From a virus (lineage: Duplodnaviria; Caudoviricetes), in the IMG/VR virus record IMGVR_UViG_3300026442_000101: a stretch of 64,000 bases of DNA; one strand, given 5' to 3'. Below are positions 41,384 to 50,399 of the stretch, in pieces. The position numbers and the translations under genes are program-made. Each line of letters starts with the position of its first letter. Position 1 is the stretch's first letter. Under the pieces are notes generated by a model that saw only the letters and a list, made by a program, of their open reading frames with translations, searched no databases and was not told the origin of the DNA.

Positions 41384-41838
41384 TCGCCGTAGACCAAATC
41401 GAATGTGATGATGCGATCGATTTCTTTGTGCGTGCTGACTGTCGGTTTTAGAAGTGACCGCATCGCCATACGCGCTTTGCCCGGTTCTGCGAACATGTCT
41501 TTGGCGATCTGACCTTTAGGTCCAGCAAACCGAAGTTGGCCGAGCAGGAAAGCTTGATCGTCTTCGTACCGCATATGCACGTTACGCACCAGAGCACAAA
41601 TGTCATCCATCTCGATATTCTGAAATGCAATGATCGCATCTTCCGATGTGGCGTGCGCACGTCGAGTCGGTCCGCCTAAGGTGCAATAGAGTGTCCGCAT
41701 TTTGTTGAGTCGGGCAATCTCCTTGTGGAGATTACTGTTGATCTCGTACGTGAAGCCGGTATGCGGGGACGGCGTATGGAAATTCCCGAGCAGCACTACG
41801 TAATACTCACCTTCCTTGTGGAGGTTGTTACGTTCCAT
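41380..41838 (-). CDS. prohead-protease-fold paralog, probably inactive
   Basis: LYCTLGGP / IEMDDICA / FAGPKG / AMRSL echo the GExGHP...GPxG...SxR pattern of T4 gp21/phiKZ gp175-type proteases. Confidence 0.5.
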   Translation of the reverse strand: MERNNLHKEGEYYVVLLGNFHTPSPHTGFTYEINSNLHKEIARLNKMRTLYCTLGGPTRRAHATSEDAIIAFQNIEMDDICALVRNVHMRYEDDQAFLLGQLRFAGPKGQIAKDMFAEPGKARMAMRSLLKPTVSTHKEIDRIITFDLVYGE

Positions 41839-42047
41839 TATCTCTCCAATCGTTCTAACGCATCAGCGTATTCGTTAAGTTCACGAACCTTCTTTATCAG
41901 TTCGCGACGTTCTCTGCTGTAATGGCTTAGATCCCTGAGGTCCACTTCAAACGCAGCAGCCCTTAGTCGTAGACTCTCAGGGTCCGAGCATTCGCCGTAG
42001 ACCTTTGCGTAGACCCTAGCCCTTAACGCTGCTAGGGTCCTGGTCAT
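41838..42047 (-). CDS. hypothetical protein
   Basis: 69 aa; overlaps neighbouring genes at start and stop. Confidence 0.65.
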   Translation of the reverse strand: MTRTLAALRARVYAKVYGECSDPESLRLRAAAFEVDLRDLSHYSRERRELIKKVRELNEYADALERLER

Positions 42048-42643
42048 TCGCCGCGAGAATGATTCGTTTCGATCATGCGATCGACAGGGATTGTCTTGAC
42101 TTTGCCCTTACGGGCGATGTAGCGGACTTCACCGCCGGTAGCCTTGTCGTACTGGCGGGCCAACTGAACCGCCTTAGCCGCGCTGAGGCCGAGCATGTCC
42201 ATGCCGCAACGAGCCACGTCAGCACCAGATCCAGCGAAGTACGGGAACTTGGTGATCTTCTTGACGGTGAACTTGTGCTTGATGCCCATCTTGAGTTCGA
42301 AGAAACTCTCCTTGGTGAGAACCAGCACGGTACCGGTGGGCAGAGTCTGATTTTCTGTCGTGGTGGCTTTCAGGAGTTCAATAGCCGCATCAAGATCCAT
42401 CCCGGTGAATATGGCGTGGACGAGGCCTTGGGTGAGATTCACCGTACCGGCAGTGGCGACAGCGACGACACGTTCGCCTTGGAAGGACACCGCCTTCTTA
42501 GGTACTTGAAGCTTCTCAACGAACGACGCAGTTGCGTTGATCGATTCCTTACAATGGACGCAATGACGATCGCCCGAGCCCATGCCGCGGCTACGCTGAG
42601 AGTCGGCTGCCAGAGTGACGCCATCGAATACTACAGTCGTCAT
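42044..42643 (-). CDS. HslV/proteasome-beta-like Ntn peptidase
   Basis: N-terminal Thr (MTT), AADSQ, GSG, DxxTGG motifs; CxxC insert. Confidence 0.75.
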   Translation of the reverse strand: MTTVVFDGVTLAADSQRSRGMGSGDRHCVHCKESINATASFVEKLQVPKKAVSFQGERVVAVATAGTVNLTQGLVHAIFTGMDLDAAIELLKATTTENQTLPTGTVLVLTKESFFELKMGIKHKFTVKKITKFPYFAGSGADVARCGMDMLGLSAAKAVQLARQYDKATGGEVRYIARKGKVKTIPVDRMIETNHSRGE

Positions 42644-42915
42644 TAAACCATGCCCCCGTGATAGCTACCGGAATGAAAGCGCTTACTGATGCCGATACGA
42701 CGCTCCAGCGCCGTTTCGTAACCTTTTGACTCAAGCGCTTGAGACGCCATGCCGAACGTCGAGTTCATGTTGATCTTGAGCTGCTGGATCTCAGCCCAAC
42801 GGCGGATCTGCAGCAAGAAGTAGTTCTTGAGAACCGACGGCATCTTCTTGAGTTTGTTGCGGCCGAACTTGTCGATGCCTTTGTTACGACCGATGTAAAT
42901 CTTGGACTTGCGCAT
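42643..42915 (-). CDS. basic hypothetical protein
   Basis: 90-aa ORF. Confidence 0.65.
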   Translation of the reverse strand: MRKSKIYIGRNKGIDKFGRNKLKKMPSVLKNYFLLQIRRWAEIQQLKINMNSTFGMASQALESKGYETALERRIGISKRFHSGSYHGGMV

Positions 42916-43136
42916 TACTTAGCTCCCTTGCGTTTACCTACGAGTTCTGCTTTATTCCAGCATTGGCGATAGATGAGGGCCTGATCCCCACCTTCATCAA
43001 GACACTTGCGCATGGCGACCACAATGGCATCACTGCCTTCCATTCGCTGCGGTTTGTCTAACTGACCGTTAGAGGCGGCGATTATCGCCAGACCTGTCAA
43101 GACCAAACCTACAGCTACGATTAAAGCACCACGCAT
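42915..43136 (-). CDS. small exported or membrane protein
   Basis: N-terminal hydrophobic segment, Cys pair. Confidence 0.7.
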   Translation of the reverse strand: MRGALIVAVGLVLTGLAIIAASNGQLDKPQRMEGSDAIVVAMRKCLDEGGDQALIYRQCWNKAELVGKRKGAK

Positions 43137-43170
43137 TTACCTTTCCCCAGGTTATGTTATCTCCATCCGA

Positions 43171-43179
43171 TAATGTGGT
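43171..43179 (-). promoter_or_regulatory. putative phage promoter motif
   Basis: ACCACATTA on minus strand. Confidence 0.5.
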
Positions 43180-43201
43180 ATCTTATTAATTTACACAGCA
43201 C

Positions 43202-43246
43202 AAAAAAAAAGAAAGCACCGACAGTACCTTTCGGTACTGTCGGCGT
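43202..43246 (-). terminator. rho-independent terminator
   Basis: CCGACAGTACC-TTTC-GGTACTGTCGG plus A9. Confidence 0.8.
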
Positions 43247-43249
43247 TCA

Positions 43250-43594
43250 TTACAGCAGATCCTCGGCGAGCGTCGCCAGTAATGCTTCTGCCATGACGTA
43301 GTATTGACCAGCCATCAGCCACTGGGTTTCGCTATCCATGCCCGGTACACCGATCGTGATCTTATCTTCGGAGGCCGAGTAATGGATGTACAGCTTCGAG
43401 GTGCTGCCGAACCGCATGGTCATACTCCCGCTCGGGAAATGGACCAGCTGGACGGTGAAGAGAACCCGATGGCTTACTCGGAACGCTCTGACGCAGTTCT
43501 CTTTCTTCCATTCGAACTTGTGCTTCTTGAACAGTTCGAGGAAGTCGGCTTCCAGTTCTTCACGGGTGCGTACATCGATCGGGAGTACCTTCAC
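43250..43594 (-). CDS. hypothetical protein
   Basis: 114 aa; GTGA overlap with upstream gene. Confidence 0.7.
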   Translation of the reverse strand: MKVLPIDVRTREELEADFLELFKKHKFEWKKENCVRAFRVSHRVLFTVQLVHFPSGSMTMRFGSTSKLYIHYSASEDKITIGVPGMDSETQWLMAGQYYVMAEALLATLAEDLL

Positions 43595-43740
43595 TTACGC
43601 CCCTCCAGATCTCTCCAGGCCTTGTCGAGTTTTGCTAGATGCTTATCCAGCTCATCGAACTTCTTGTCTTCCCACAGCTTGGCCGCATCGCTACCGCGCT
43701 GGATGGCTTGACCTTTATAGCGGATTACGTTGACGTACAT
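43591..43740 (-). CDS. 49-aa hypothetical protein (not in ORF track)
   Basis: MYVNVIRYKGQAIQRGSDAAKLWEDKKF...; AAGGA SD. Confidence 0.6.
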   Translation of the reverse strand: MYVNVIRYKGQAIQRGSDAAKLWEDKKFDELDKHLAKLDKAWRDLEGRK

Positions 43741-43749
43741 GGCTTTTCC

Positions 43750-44016
43750 TTAAGGACTTCCTACGAGATACCTGAACTGTTTGCAGCAGCGCAGGATCTC
43801 TTTGTGTTGGGGATGCTTCGGCTCCAGCTGTTCGAAGTACTGAGCTACTTTTACCTGGTAGATGCCCAGATCGATCGCCCGCTTACCGTCATCTGTCGCG
43901 ATGTGGGCGGTGCGGAAAATCCTGGTGGCGATCAGGGCTTTGAAACCATCGGCGGTGAAGTCGAAGGTAGCCCCATCTTCTTCATCTCGACCATCGTAGA
44001 ACAGGATCGTCAGCAT
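43750..44016 (-). CDS. hypothetical protein
   Basis: 88 aa with GGAG SD. Confidence 0.7.
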   Translation of the reverse strand: MLTILFYDGRDEEDGATFDFTADGFKALIATRIFRTAHIATDDGKRAIDLGIYQVKVAQYFEQLEPKHPQHKEILRCCKQFRYLVGSP

Positions 44017-44025
44017 GTCGTCTCC

Positions 44026-44256
44026 TTACAGAGTAAGTATCTTGAACCCCGCCATCTGAAGAGCTACAACCCAACCCGCAAGCATTACCGCAGGGTAGAT
44101 CAAGCCCCAAGCTTTGATGTGATCGACGATCTCACCAAAACCGCTGAGATGGATTTCCCATTTGCGAATGTCTTTGATAGACGCGCATACGCCGGCGATT
44201 TTGAAAGTGATGATTGCACAAAGTACCAACGCCGACAGGGCGATGCTAAGGTCCAC
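44026..44256 (-). CDS. small membrane protein
   Basis: Two TM segments. Confidence 0.7.
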   Translation of the reverse strand: MDLSIALSALVLCAIITFKIAGVCASIKDIRKWEIHLSGFGEIVDHIKAWGLIYPAVMLAGWVVALQMAGFKILTL

Positions 44257-44275
44257 TTACTTCAACTCCAATTAA

Positions 44276-44316
44276 CAAAAAGAAAGGCGGGGATTTCTCC
44301 CCGCCGATTTATGCCG
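44276..44316. terminator. hairpin terminator
   Basis: GGCGGGGA-TTTC-TCCCCGCC with A-run and TTATG. Confidence 0.7.
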
Positions 44317-44317
44317 C

Positions 44318-46381
44318 TTACGCGACTTTCGAATTGCCGTGCAGTTCGAACCACCGGTCAGTAGTTTCGGTGATGTGCTGATCGACCTTCGCACAGATGT
44401 CGGTGTGGTTAGGATCAACCACGAAACCGCCATCCATGAAGATCGGTTTCAGCAGACCAGACTTGACGTGGATCTCGGCGATCTTCATATCTTGCTCTTG
44501 GTTGAGCACGATACCTTCATCGCTGTCGATCAGCGCCAGCAGGCCTTTGGCCGACTTCTTCAGACCGTCACCGGTGGCTGGGTCTTTGTACAGCTCGACC
44601 ATCTCACCATTGACCATGGTCGCGGTAGCCTTAACGGCAATGCCGAAGGTATCGCGAGTCAGGTAGTTGTAGGTGTAGGAGCCGACGCCGAACACGACGT
44701 TGCACGATGCGAAACCTTTGATCGCCAGACGACGGCAGATTTCTTCAGCGCGGTGTACGGTGATGGAATCGCCGTAGATCAGGCCGATGCGTTCGTGCAG
44801 AACTTTGTAGCCGCGTTCGGTTTCGGTACCGCCGAAGGTTTCCCACAGCAGCTCGATGGCACCCTTCTCTTGCGCCGACAGCTCGACCTGTTCGATCTTG
44901 TAGCCGTTGCGGTAAGTGCCCTTACCCATGACCATGACTTCGACACCGCGCAGCTCGAGCAGGTCATGCAGCTCACGATACGCTTTGAAGCGGACCGGGT
45001 CGGTGCAATCGGCGCTGATCGGGAACGGGTAGTCGAACAGGGCGGCGGAGCCCATCACGTCGGTCATCAGTTCGTCGTAGTAGCTGTGATCAACCGCAGG
45101 CAGATCGGCCTTGACCTGACTGATGGTGCGGGAGATCGCTTTACCGGCGATACTGGTGGCTTTGTGAATCTTGCCTTCCGGATCTTTGAAGTAGACGAAC
45201 TCCGGCTTGTAGTTCACCATCTGAGCTTCGGCAGCAAGCTGGTCCAGGATTTCCACGCCGCAGATGATTTCTACAGGATCGCCCGAGTCAGGACGGATGA
45301 CCAGCTTGGCCATGCCGTTCTCGTCAGGCAGACGAGCCAGGATCTCTTCCTTCAGCGAAGGCAGGACCGAGGTCAGTACGCCAAAGAAGTCGAAGCTGTC
45401 GCACACCAGGCCCAGCATGCCGGTCTTGAACTTGACGGTCAACATTTCCTTGATGAAGCCACGCTCTGCTTCCAGGCGCATGCCTTTCAGTTCAGAGAGC
45501 AGCTCTTCTTCGGTAGCGCCTTCGGCTCGACGAGCCTTGACCATCTGACGCAGCCGACTCAGGATGTTCGCGGTTGCCACCGAGTGCTCAGTCGCAGGAA
45601 TGGTACCTGCGATCATCACCTTCTCGGCATCGCCGTTGTACATCTGCTCGATGTAGTCGATGGCCGGCATGGTATCACTGCCGGTGAACACGCGCAGGTG
45701 AGCCGCGCCGCAACGAGCGCCATCTTCCATACCCGACATGCCACGGTACGAGAAGTCGTGAGCCTGGAACTTGACGAAGTCGGTAGGCACGCCGGTGATC
45801 TTGGCCCACTTGGTCAGGACGCGACGGTACTCGAACGCAATGGTGCCGACGGTAACCTGTTTCCAGGTCATGTTCGACATGATGGTTTCGAGGAACTCGG
45901 CCAGCCAGAAGAACTCGGAGCCTTCATCGATGACATTACCGTTGCTGTCGTAGATGACGTACATAGGCACGCCAATCGGCAGACGGGTACCTTCTTCCAC
46001 GCCCAGGATACGCAGCGGCAGGTGACCGATATCGTGCAGGTTGGCAAGGGACTTGGCCGATACCTTGTCTTTGCCGATGTAGGTGTCGCAGCGGCGCTTG
46101 AACTTGTAGAGCACGTCGGACTTCGGCTTGCTGAAGAAGCTCTCTTCCCACATGCTGACGATTTCATGCAGCGCGGCTACGTGACCGGTGACCAGGATCT
46201 TACGGTCCCACATCGAACTACAACTCGGCGATCGAGCGAAGATCTTGTCGCTACGCGCGGTGCTGTTGGCGTAGAGGAACGACGAACCGTCGGGATACAT
46301 CGGACCATGGCCTTGTTTGTAGCCATCGGTACCGGTAGGGCCGAACATCTTGAAAGCTTTGAACAGTTTCTTGAGAGACAT
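44318..46381 (-). CDS. nadV: nicotinamide phosphoribosyltransferase-like (NAMPT/Namat) with insertions
   Basis: TDGYKQGH, HDFSYRG, IPATEHS, IRPDSGDP, LIYGDSIT, KKSAKG. Confidence 0.95.
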   Translation of the reverse strand: MSLKKLFKAFKMFGPTGTDGYKQGHGPMYPDGSSFLYANSTARSDKIFARSPSCSSMWDRKILVTGHVAALHEIVSMWEESFFSKPKSDVLYKFKRRCDTYIGKDKVSAKSLANLHDIGHLPLRILGVEEGTRLPIGVPMYVIYDSNGNVIDEGSEFFWLAEFLETIMSNMTWKQVTVGTIAFEYRRVLTKWAKITGVPTDFVKFQAHDFSYRGMSGMEDGARCGAAHLRVFTGSDTMPAIDYIEQMYNGDAEKVMIAGTIPATEHSVATANILSRLRQMVKARRAEGATEEELLSELKGMRLEAERGFIKEMLTVKFKTGMLGLVCDSFDFFGVLTSVLPSLKEEILARLPDENGMAKLVIRPDSGDPVEIICGVEILDQLAAEAQMVNYKPEFVYFKDPEGKIHKATSIAGKAISRTISQVKADLPAVDHSYYDELMTDVMGSAALFDYPFPISADCTDPVRFKAYRELHDLLELRGVEVMVMGKGTYRNGYKIEQVELSAQEKGAIELLWETFGGTETERGYKVLHERIGLIYGDSITVHRAEEICRRLAIKGFASCNVVFGVGSYTYNYLTRDTFGIAVKATATMVNGEMVELYKDPATGDGLKKSAKGLLALIDSDEGIVLNQEQDMKIAEIHVKSGLLKPIFMDGGFVVDPNHTDICAKVDQHITETTDRWFELHGNSKVA

Positions 46382-46408
46382 GTTACGTCCTTGCTTGCGG
46401 GTGGGTGT

Positions 46409-47266
46409 TTAAACTTCGAGCCAGTGGTAGCCTTCGCGCACTTCGCCGTCAGGGCAGAGCGGGCCACGTCCTTTACCGTGGAACGAGTTGGTGCTGTAGA
46501 TCGCATCGAAATACTTCGGCATTTCGTCGTAGCCGTGGCTGAAGATGCCGTGGGTTACGAACAGCGACATGTACTTAGCGCCTTTCTCACGCAGCTTCTT
46601 GGAAAGCTCCATGAAGGTACGGCCGCCATCACAGATGTCGTCGAAGATGATGACATTCTTGCCATCAACATCACCGTAGATCTCGGTGTGGGAGATCTTG
46701 CCGGTAGCTGGGTCACGGTGCTTACTGGCCACGATGACTTCAGACGCCTTGAGCTCTTTGGCGTACTGGTAGGTCTTCTTGAGCGCACCGGCATCAGGAG
46801 CGATCAACACCAGACCTTCGGGCAGGTGGAGCTTACCGATGTACTCCAGGGCGCTGACGTTGACACAGTTGTTGATACCGGTCATGGCGCCTTCGGAGTG
46901 AGCGTCCACGATGGTCACGGTTTCCGCATTGATCGAATTGATCATCTGCCCAACCACTGCCAGCGACAGAGCCTCGCCTTCGTTGCAGACGCGGTCCTGA
47001 CGAGCGTACGGCAGGTACGGGATGAACAGACGTACTGCACAGCCCGGCCAGCGGCGACGCACAGCGTCAGCGGTGAGCATGAGACCGATCAGCAGGTCGG
47101 AGCTGCTGAGGTGGGCTACGATGGTCACGTCAGGACGGATCATCGGTGCATCGCATGGATCGAGTTTGACATCGATCTCACCGCCCGGGAACTTGCCAAT
47201 CTTGACAGCGATGTCGCGGGACATTACGCCAGTGGCGAAGTTCATGGTGGCAATTACTTTGATCAT
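46409..47266 (-). CDS. prs: ribose-phosphate pyrophosphokinase-like (PRPS/Adps)
   Basis: FPGGE, PYLPYARQDR, APDAGA, DDICDGGRTF, THGIFS. Confidence 0.95.
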   Translation of the reverse strand: MIKVIATMNFATGVMSRDIAVKIGKFPGGEIDVKLDPCDAPMIRPDVTIVAHLSSSDLLIGLMLTADAVRRRWPGCAVRLFIPYLPYARQDRVCNEGEALSLAVVGQMINSINAETVTIVDAHSEGAMTGINNCVNVSALEYIGKLHLPEGLVLIAPDAGALKKTYQYAKELKASEVIVASKHRDPATGKISHTEIYGDVDGKNVIIFDDICDGGRTFMELSKKLREKGAKYMSLFVTHGIFSHGYDEMPKYFDAIYSTNSFHGKGRGPLCPDGEVREGYHWLEV

Positions 47267-47586
47267 TACTTTACTCCAAAGTGTTCCATCAGCATGTTCA
47301 GGTACAGTAGTTTGTGGGCTTTGATTTTACGGATGAACGCGAGTCGCTTCTGCTCGTCATGACAGACATCACCCTTCGCATTACCGCATTCGAAACACAC
47401 GACTTCTAAATTGTTCATGTCGAGCAGGAAGCCGTACCGTTTCGCCCGGCGACGAAGGATTCTCAAGTCAGCATTGTGTTCTTCGGCGATACGTCTGCCG
47501 CGACGGAGAACCCACCAGCATGCCAGGAAACTCCCGGCAAGAAGGCCTATGACAAAGGCCCCGATTACGAGGAGTGTTCCCAGCAT
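47266..47586 (-). CDS. membrane-anchored hypothetical protein
   Basis: N-terminal TM, CxxC...C. Confidence 0.7.
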   Translation of the reverse strand: MLGTLLVIGAFVIGLLAGSFLACWWVLRRGRRIAEEHNADLRILRRRAKRYGFLLDMNNLEVVCFECGNAKGDVCHDEQKRLAFIRKIKAHKLLYLNMLMEHFGVK

Positions 47587-47597
47587 GATTACTTTCC

Positions 47598-49418
47598 TTA
47601 TACAGCGACAGGGATGTCCATGAACGGACCGTGGGTATAGCCGGTGATCTCAACATCGCTGAACTTGATGTCGTCGATGTTGTCGAACTTACCGTTGATG
47701 ACCATGCGGGCATCGAAGTCACCGTCGGAGTCGCGCCAGATCAGCTCTTTGATCGCATCGACCTGGTTGAGGTAGATGTGAGCATTGACGCCGACCGTTA
47801 CGAGTTCCATCGGAGCGTGGTTGGTGACGTGAGCTACCATGTGCAGCAGGTAGGCGTACTGAGCTACGTTGAACACGGCTCCCAGCGGCAGGTCGCTGGA
47901 ACGCAACAGGACGAAGCAGTTCAGGCCACGACGCGGAATGTCTTGCTTGTCGAGATATTCATCGACGCTACCAGCACCGCCTTGGGGAAGCTCGACGTCA
48001 TCGCGATGTTTGTACTTCAGCAGCTTCACGCGTTGCGCCATGGTGAGCACTTGCGAGGTGAACTGGAAGTACAGGTGACATGGAGGAAGCGCTGCCTGCC
48101 AGGTACGGCCGGGGTTGTGAGCAGTCACGATGATCCGACGGTCATCCGGGTTGGTGCGTAGCGTATCGATACAGTTCTGCAACTGGTCGATGCTGCGGTG
48201 CATGACCGAGTGACCGAGAGTGGTGAACTCTGGCTGAATCTCGCCCCACTTCAAGTAGCCCTGCTTGATGTAGTCGGAGAAGCTAGGGACGGCATTGTCA
48301 GCATTGGACACTACTTGCCAATCCTGCCATTTGCGCCACTGTGCGCCGTAACCACCCGCACCGATGTCAGCTTCAAGCAGAGGCCACGCATTGATGCCGA
48401 AGAAGTCCAGCAGTTTCTCTACCCGTTCCACTTGGGCGTTGTTGAGGATATCGTCCTCGAACTTGCCGTTGCGGAACACGACCACCGGGACGGTCTTGGT
48501 TTCAGCAGGATCGTCCTCACCCATCATGATAGCGCCAATGATTCGGCTCCATTCATGTTCGCGGTTCTTCGACAGGCGCGCCAACCGACGCTTGAGCGAC
48601 AGGCGCTTCGGCACGTTACGGCGGCGTGGGATGCCGCTGTAGTCGAGGATGTGGTTGAAACCGTCGACCTGGTCGCGATCGAACCCGAAGTTACTGGCGA
48701 TGTTCGGATGCTTGAAGTCCAGGTACTCGTACGGCTCACGACCACCGCCCGGATGGAACCCATGGAGGAACGGCACCACCATGTAGACCTTCCCCGTCTG
48801 TATAGCCAGCTCGATACGTTCTTGGGTGGTGAGTGTGTCGCCTTCCACAGCGTCCCAGAACTCGTACACGCGAGCTACGCCAAACTGGTCAAGGAACTTG
48901 TGGATCTCATGGATGTCAGCATCGGCCAGATTGGAGTAAGTCACCTGCTTCGAGCTTCGCCCGGGCAGCAGCGAAAGTCTTTCGGGACCACCAATGCCGC
49001 TGATCTCGATGCGACGTTCGATGAACTTCTGGATCGCCTCGGTATTTTCGAGGGTGGTGCACGACAGGTCGATACGCTGCTGGCAAGTGCGGCGCCTGAT
49101 GCGCGGCTCATCGTACTTGTCGGTGCCCTTGATGAACCAGCTGTCCCAGATACCTACCTTGTTGTCGCGCAGGTACTTGATGTTGGTGTTACCGGAGACG
49201 AACCAATGCATCTCGTGCTGGAACTTCTCAGGTAGGATACCGCGCAGGCTGATGATCGGCATCTGACCGAACTGGCAGTCAAAGCGCATGACCGCTGCGT
49301 GAGTGGCGTAGGTACCCACCCCGGTGCGGTCCTCTTGGAACCAGCCGTGATCGAGGCAATGGCGATACTTGTCGACGAACTGAGCATCAACAAGGTTGTG
49401 GATTACTGGATCGGACAT
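47598..49418 (-). CDS. thyA: thymidylate synthase with large insertions
   Basis: DRTGVGT, EMHWF, YGAQWR, ALPPCH, RSSDLPLGAVFNVAQY. Confidence 0.95.
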   Translation of the reverse strand: MSDPVIHNLVDAQFVDKYRHCLDHGWFQEDRTGVGTYATHAAVMRFDCQFGQMPIISLRGILPEKFQHEMHWFVSGNTNIKYLRDNKVGIWDSWFIKGTDKYDEPRIRRRTCQQRIDLSCTTLENTEAIQKFIERRIEISGIGGPERLSLLPGRSSKQVTYSNLADADIHEIHKFLDQFGVARVYEFWDAVEGDTLTTQERIELAIQTGKVYMVVPFLHGFHPGGGREPYEYLDFKHPNIASNFGFDRDQVDGFNHILDYSGIPRRRNVPKRLSLKRRLARLSKNREHEWSRIIGAIMMGEDDPAETKTVPVVVFRNGKFEDDILNNAQVERVEKLLDFFGINAWPLLEADIGAGGYGAQWRKWQDWQVVSNADNAVPSFSDYIKQGYLKWGEIQPEFTTLGHSVMHRSIDQLQNCIDTLRTNPDDRRIIVTAHNPGRTWQAALPPCHLYFQFTSQVLTMAQRVKLLKYKHRDDVELPQGGAGSVDEYLDKQDIPRRGLNCFVLLRSSDLPLGAVFNVAQYAYLLHMVAHVTNHAPMELVTVGVNAHIYLNQVDAIKELIWRDSDGDFDARMVINGKFDNIDDIKFSDVEITGYTHGPFMDIPVAV

Positions 49419-49443
49419 CAGTTTGCTCCCAATGGTCTTCTAT

Positions 49444-49851
49444 CTAATTAGCCGGTTTTGTATGTTTTGATTTGAACAATCGCTCATGAGCCGCCATGGC
49501 CGCAATGCAACCAAATGACCCACCTATTCCAGAGGTCAGTAAGATTACCCAGCCGCCCATGACGATGAACGATACACTAGCCACAGCACACGTCGTTACC
49601 AGCCACGATGTCAACCAAGCCGACCAGTAATGGCCTGCCATGATGTTTCGCGACTGGAAGGCTTTGAGGAAGGCCTCAGTAAACGTGGTGAGCATGCTGC
49701 CAAGATACAGGATCGCCATTGCGATGTGGTGATAGTCTTCCTTGGTGAGTGCGTCCAGGAAAGGGAAGATGGCGAGAACATTATCCCGCCACCAGCCTTG
49801 CTGTAGCAGACCGAGCAGACCTGATTCCAGGAATGTGGTCATCGTACTCAT
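49444..49851 (-). CDS. multi-pass membrane protein
   Basis: 3-4 hydrophobic segments. Confidence 0.75.
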   Translation of the reverse strand: MSTMTTFLESGLLGLLQQGWWRDNVLAIFPFLDALTKEDYHHIAMAILYLGSMLTTFTEAFLKAFQSRNIMAGHYWSAWLTSWLVTTCAVASVSFIVMGGWVILLTSGIGGSFGCIAAMAAHERLFKSKHTKPAN

Positions 49852-50339
49852 CAGCGGATCACCACCGCCGACGACTGTTTAGGCTCATCACCAGGACCCC
49901 AAGCCGAACGGATGTTGCGATTATCGGCACTTCCGTACATCACCGACTTGAAGTCAAGCCCGAAGCGGGCAGCGTCAATGAACCAGACGCGCTTCAGTTC
50001 CACATTAGGGTCTTGTACGCTGTAGACCACTTCTTCGGCAATAAGCTTACTGAAGCGAACAACATCAAGAACTGCGAATTCACGTTTGTCCCAGTCGATA
50101 TCTGGAGCGAACTTGAAGAAGATCGCCCAGTCTTTCTCGCCCTTGTCGGTCTTCATGCGGATGTGCAGATAGCCGTCAGCATCAGGGAGTTTCACGAGGT
50201 CTTTTTCGTTACTGACGCAGATGCTCATGCCCGGGAAGAGATGGATAGGTTCAGCGAAATACGAATCCTCCCACGGTACCTGAGTGAAGTCATCGGAGGT
50301 CCAATCATTCATTGGGGACAGCATTGCTTCGTTGGCCAT
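49851..50339 (-). CDS. hypothetical protein
   Basis: 162-aa ORF. Confidence 0.75.
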   Translation of the reverse strand: MANEAMLSPMNDWTSDDFTQVPWEDSYFAEPIHLFPGMSICVSNEKDLVKLPDADGYLHIRMKTDKGEKDWAIFFKFAPDIDWDKREFAVLDVVRFSKLIAEEVVYSVQDPNVELKRVWFIDAARFGLDFKSVMYGSADNRNIRSAWGPGDEPKQSSAVVIR

Positions 50340-50365
50340 TTTTTTCTATTTCCTTACATTGAGGG

Positions 50366-50396
50366 ACATAAAGCCCCGCCATTGCTGGCGGGGCGT
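50366..50396 (-). terminator. hairpin terminator
   Basis: GCCCCGCC...GGCGGGGC, CATAAA flank. Confidence 0.65.
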
Positions 50397-50399
50397 GGA

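Noticed and set aside
44339-47362. 1007-aa plus-strand ORF
   Set aside because: Antisense shadow of the codon-biased nadV and prs genes; no motifs of its own.
48369-49121. Intein in thyA
   Set aside because: No N-terminal Cys/Ser block, no C-terminal His-Asn, no LAGLIDADG motif.
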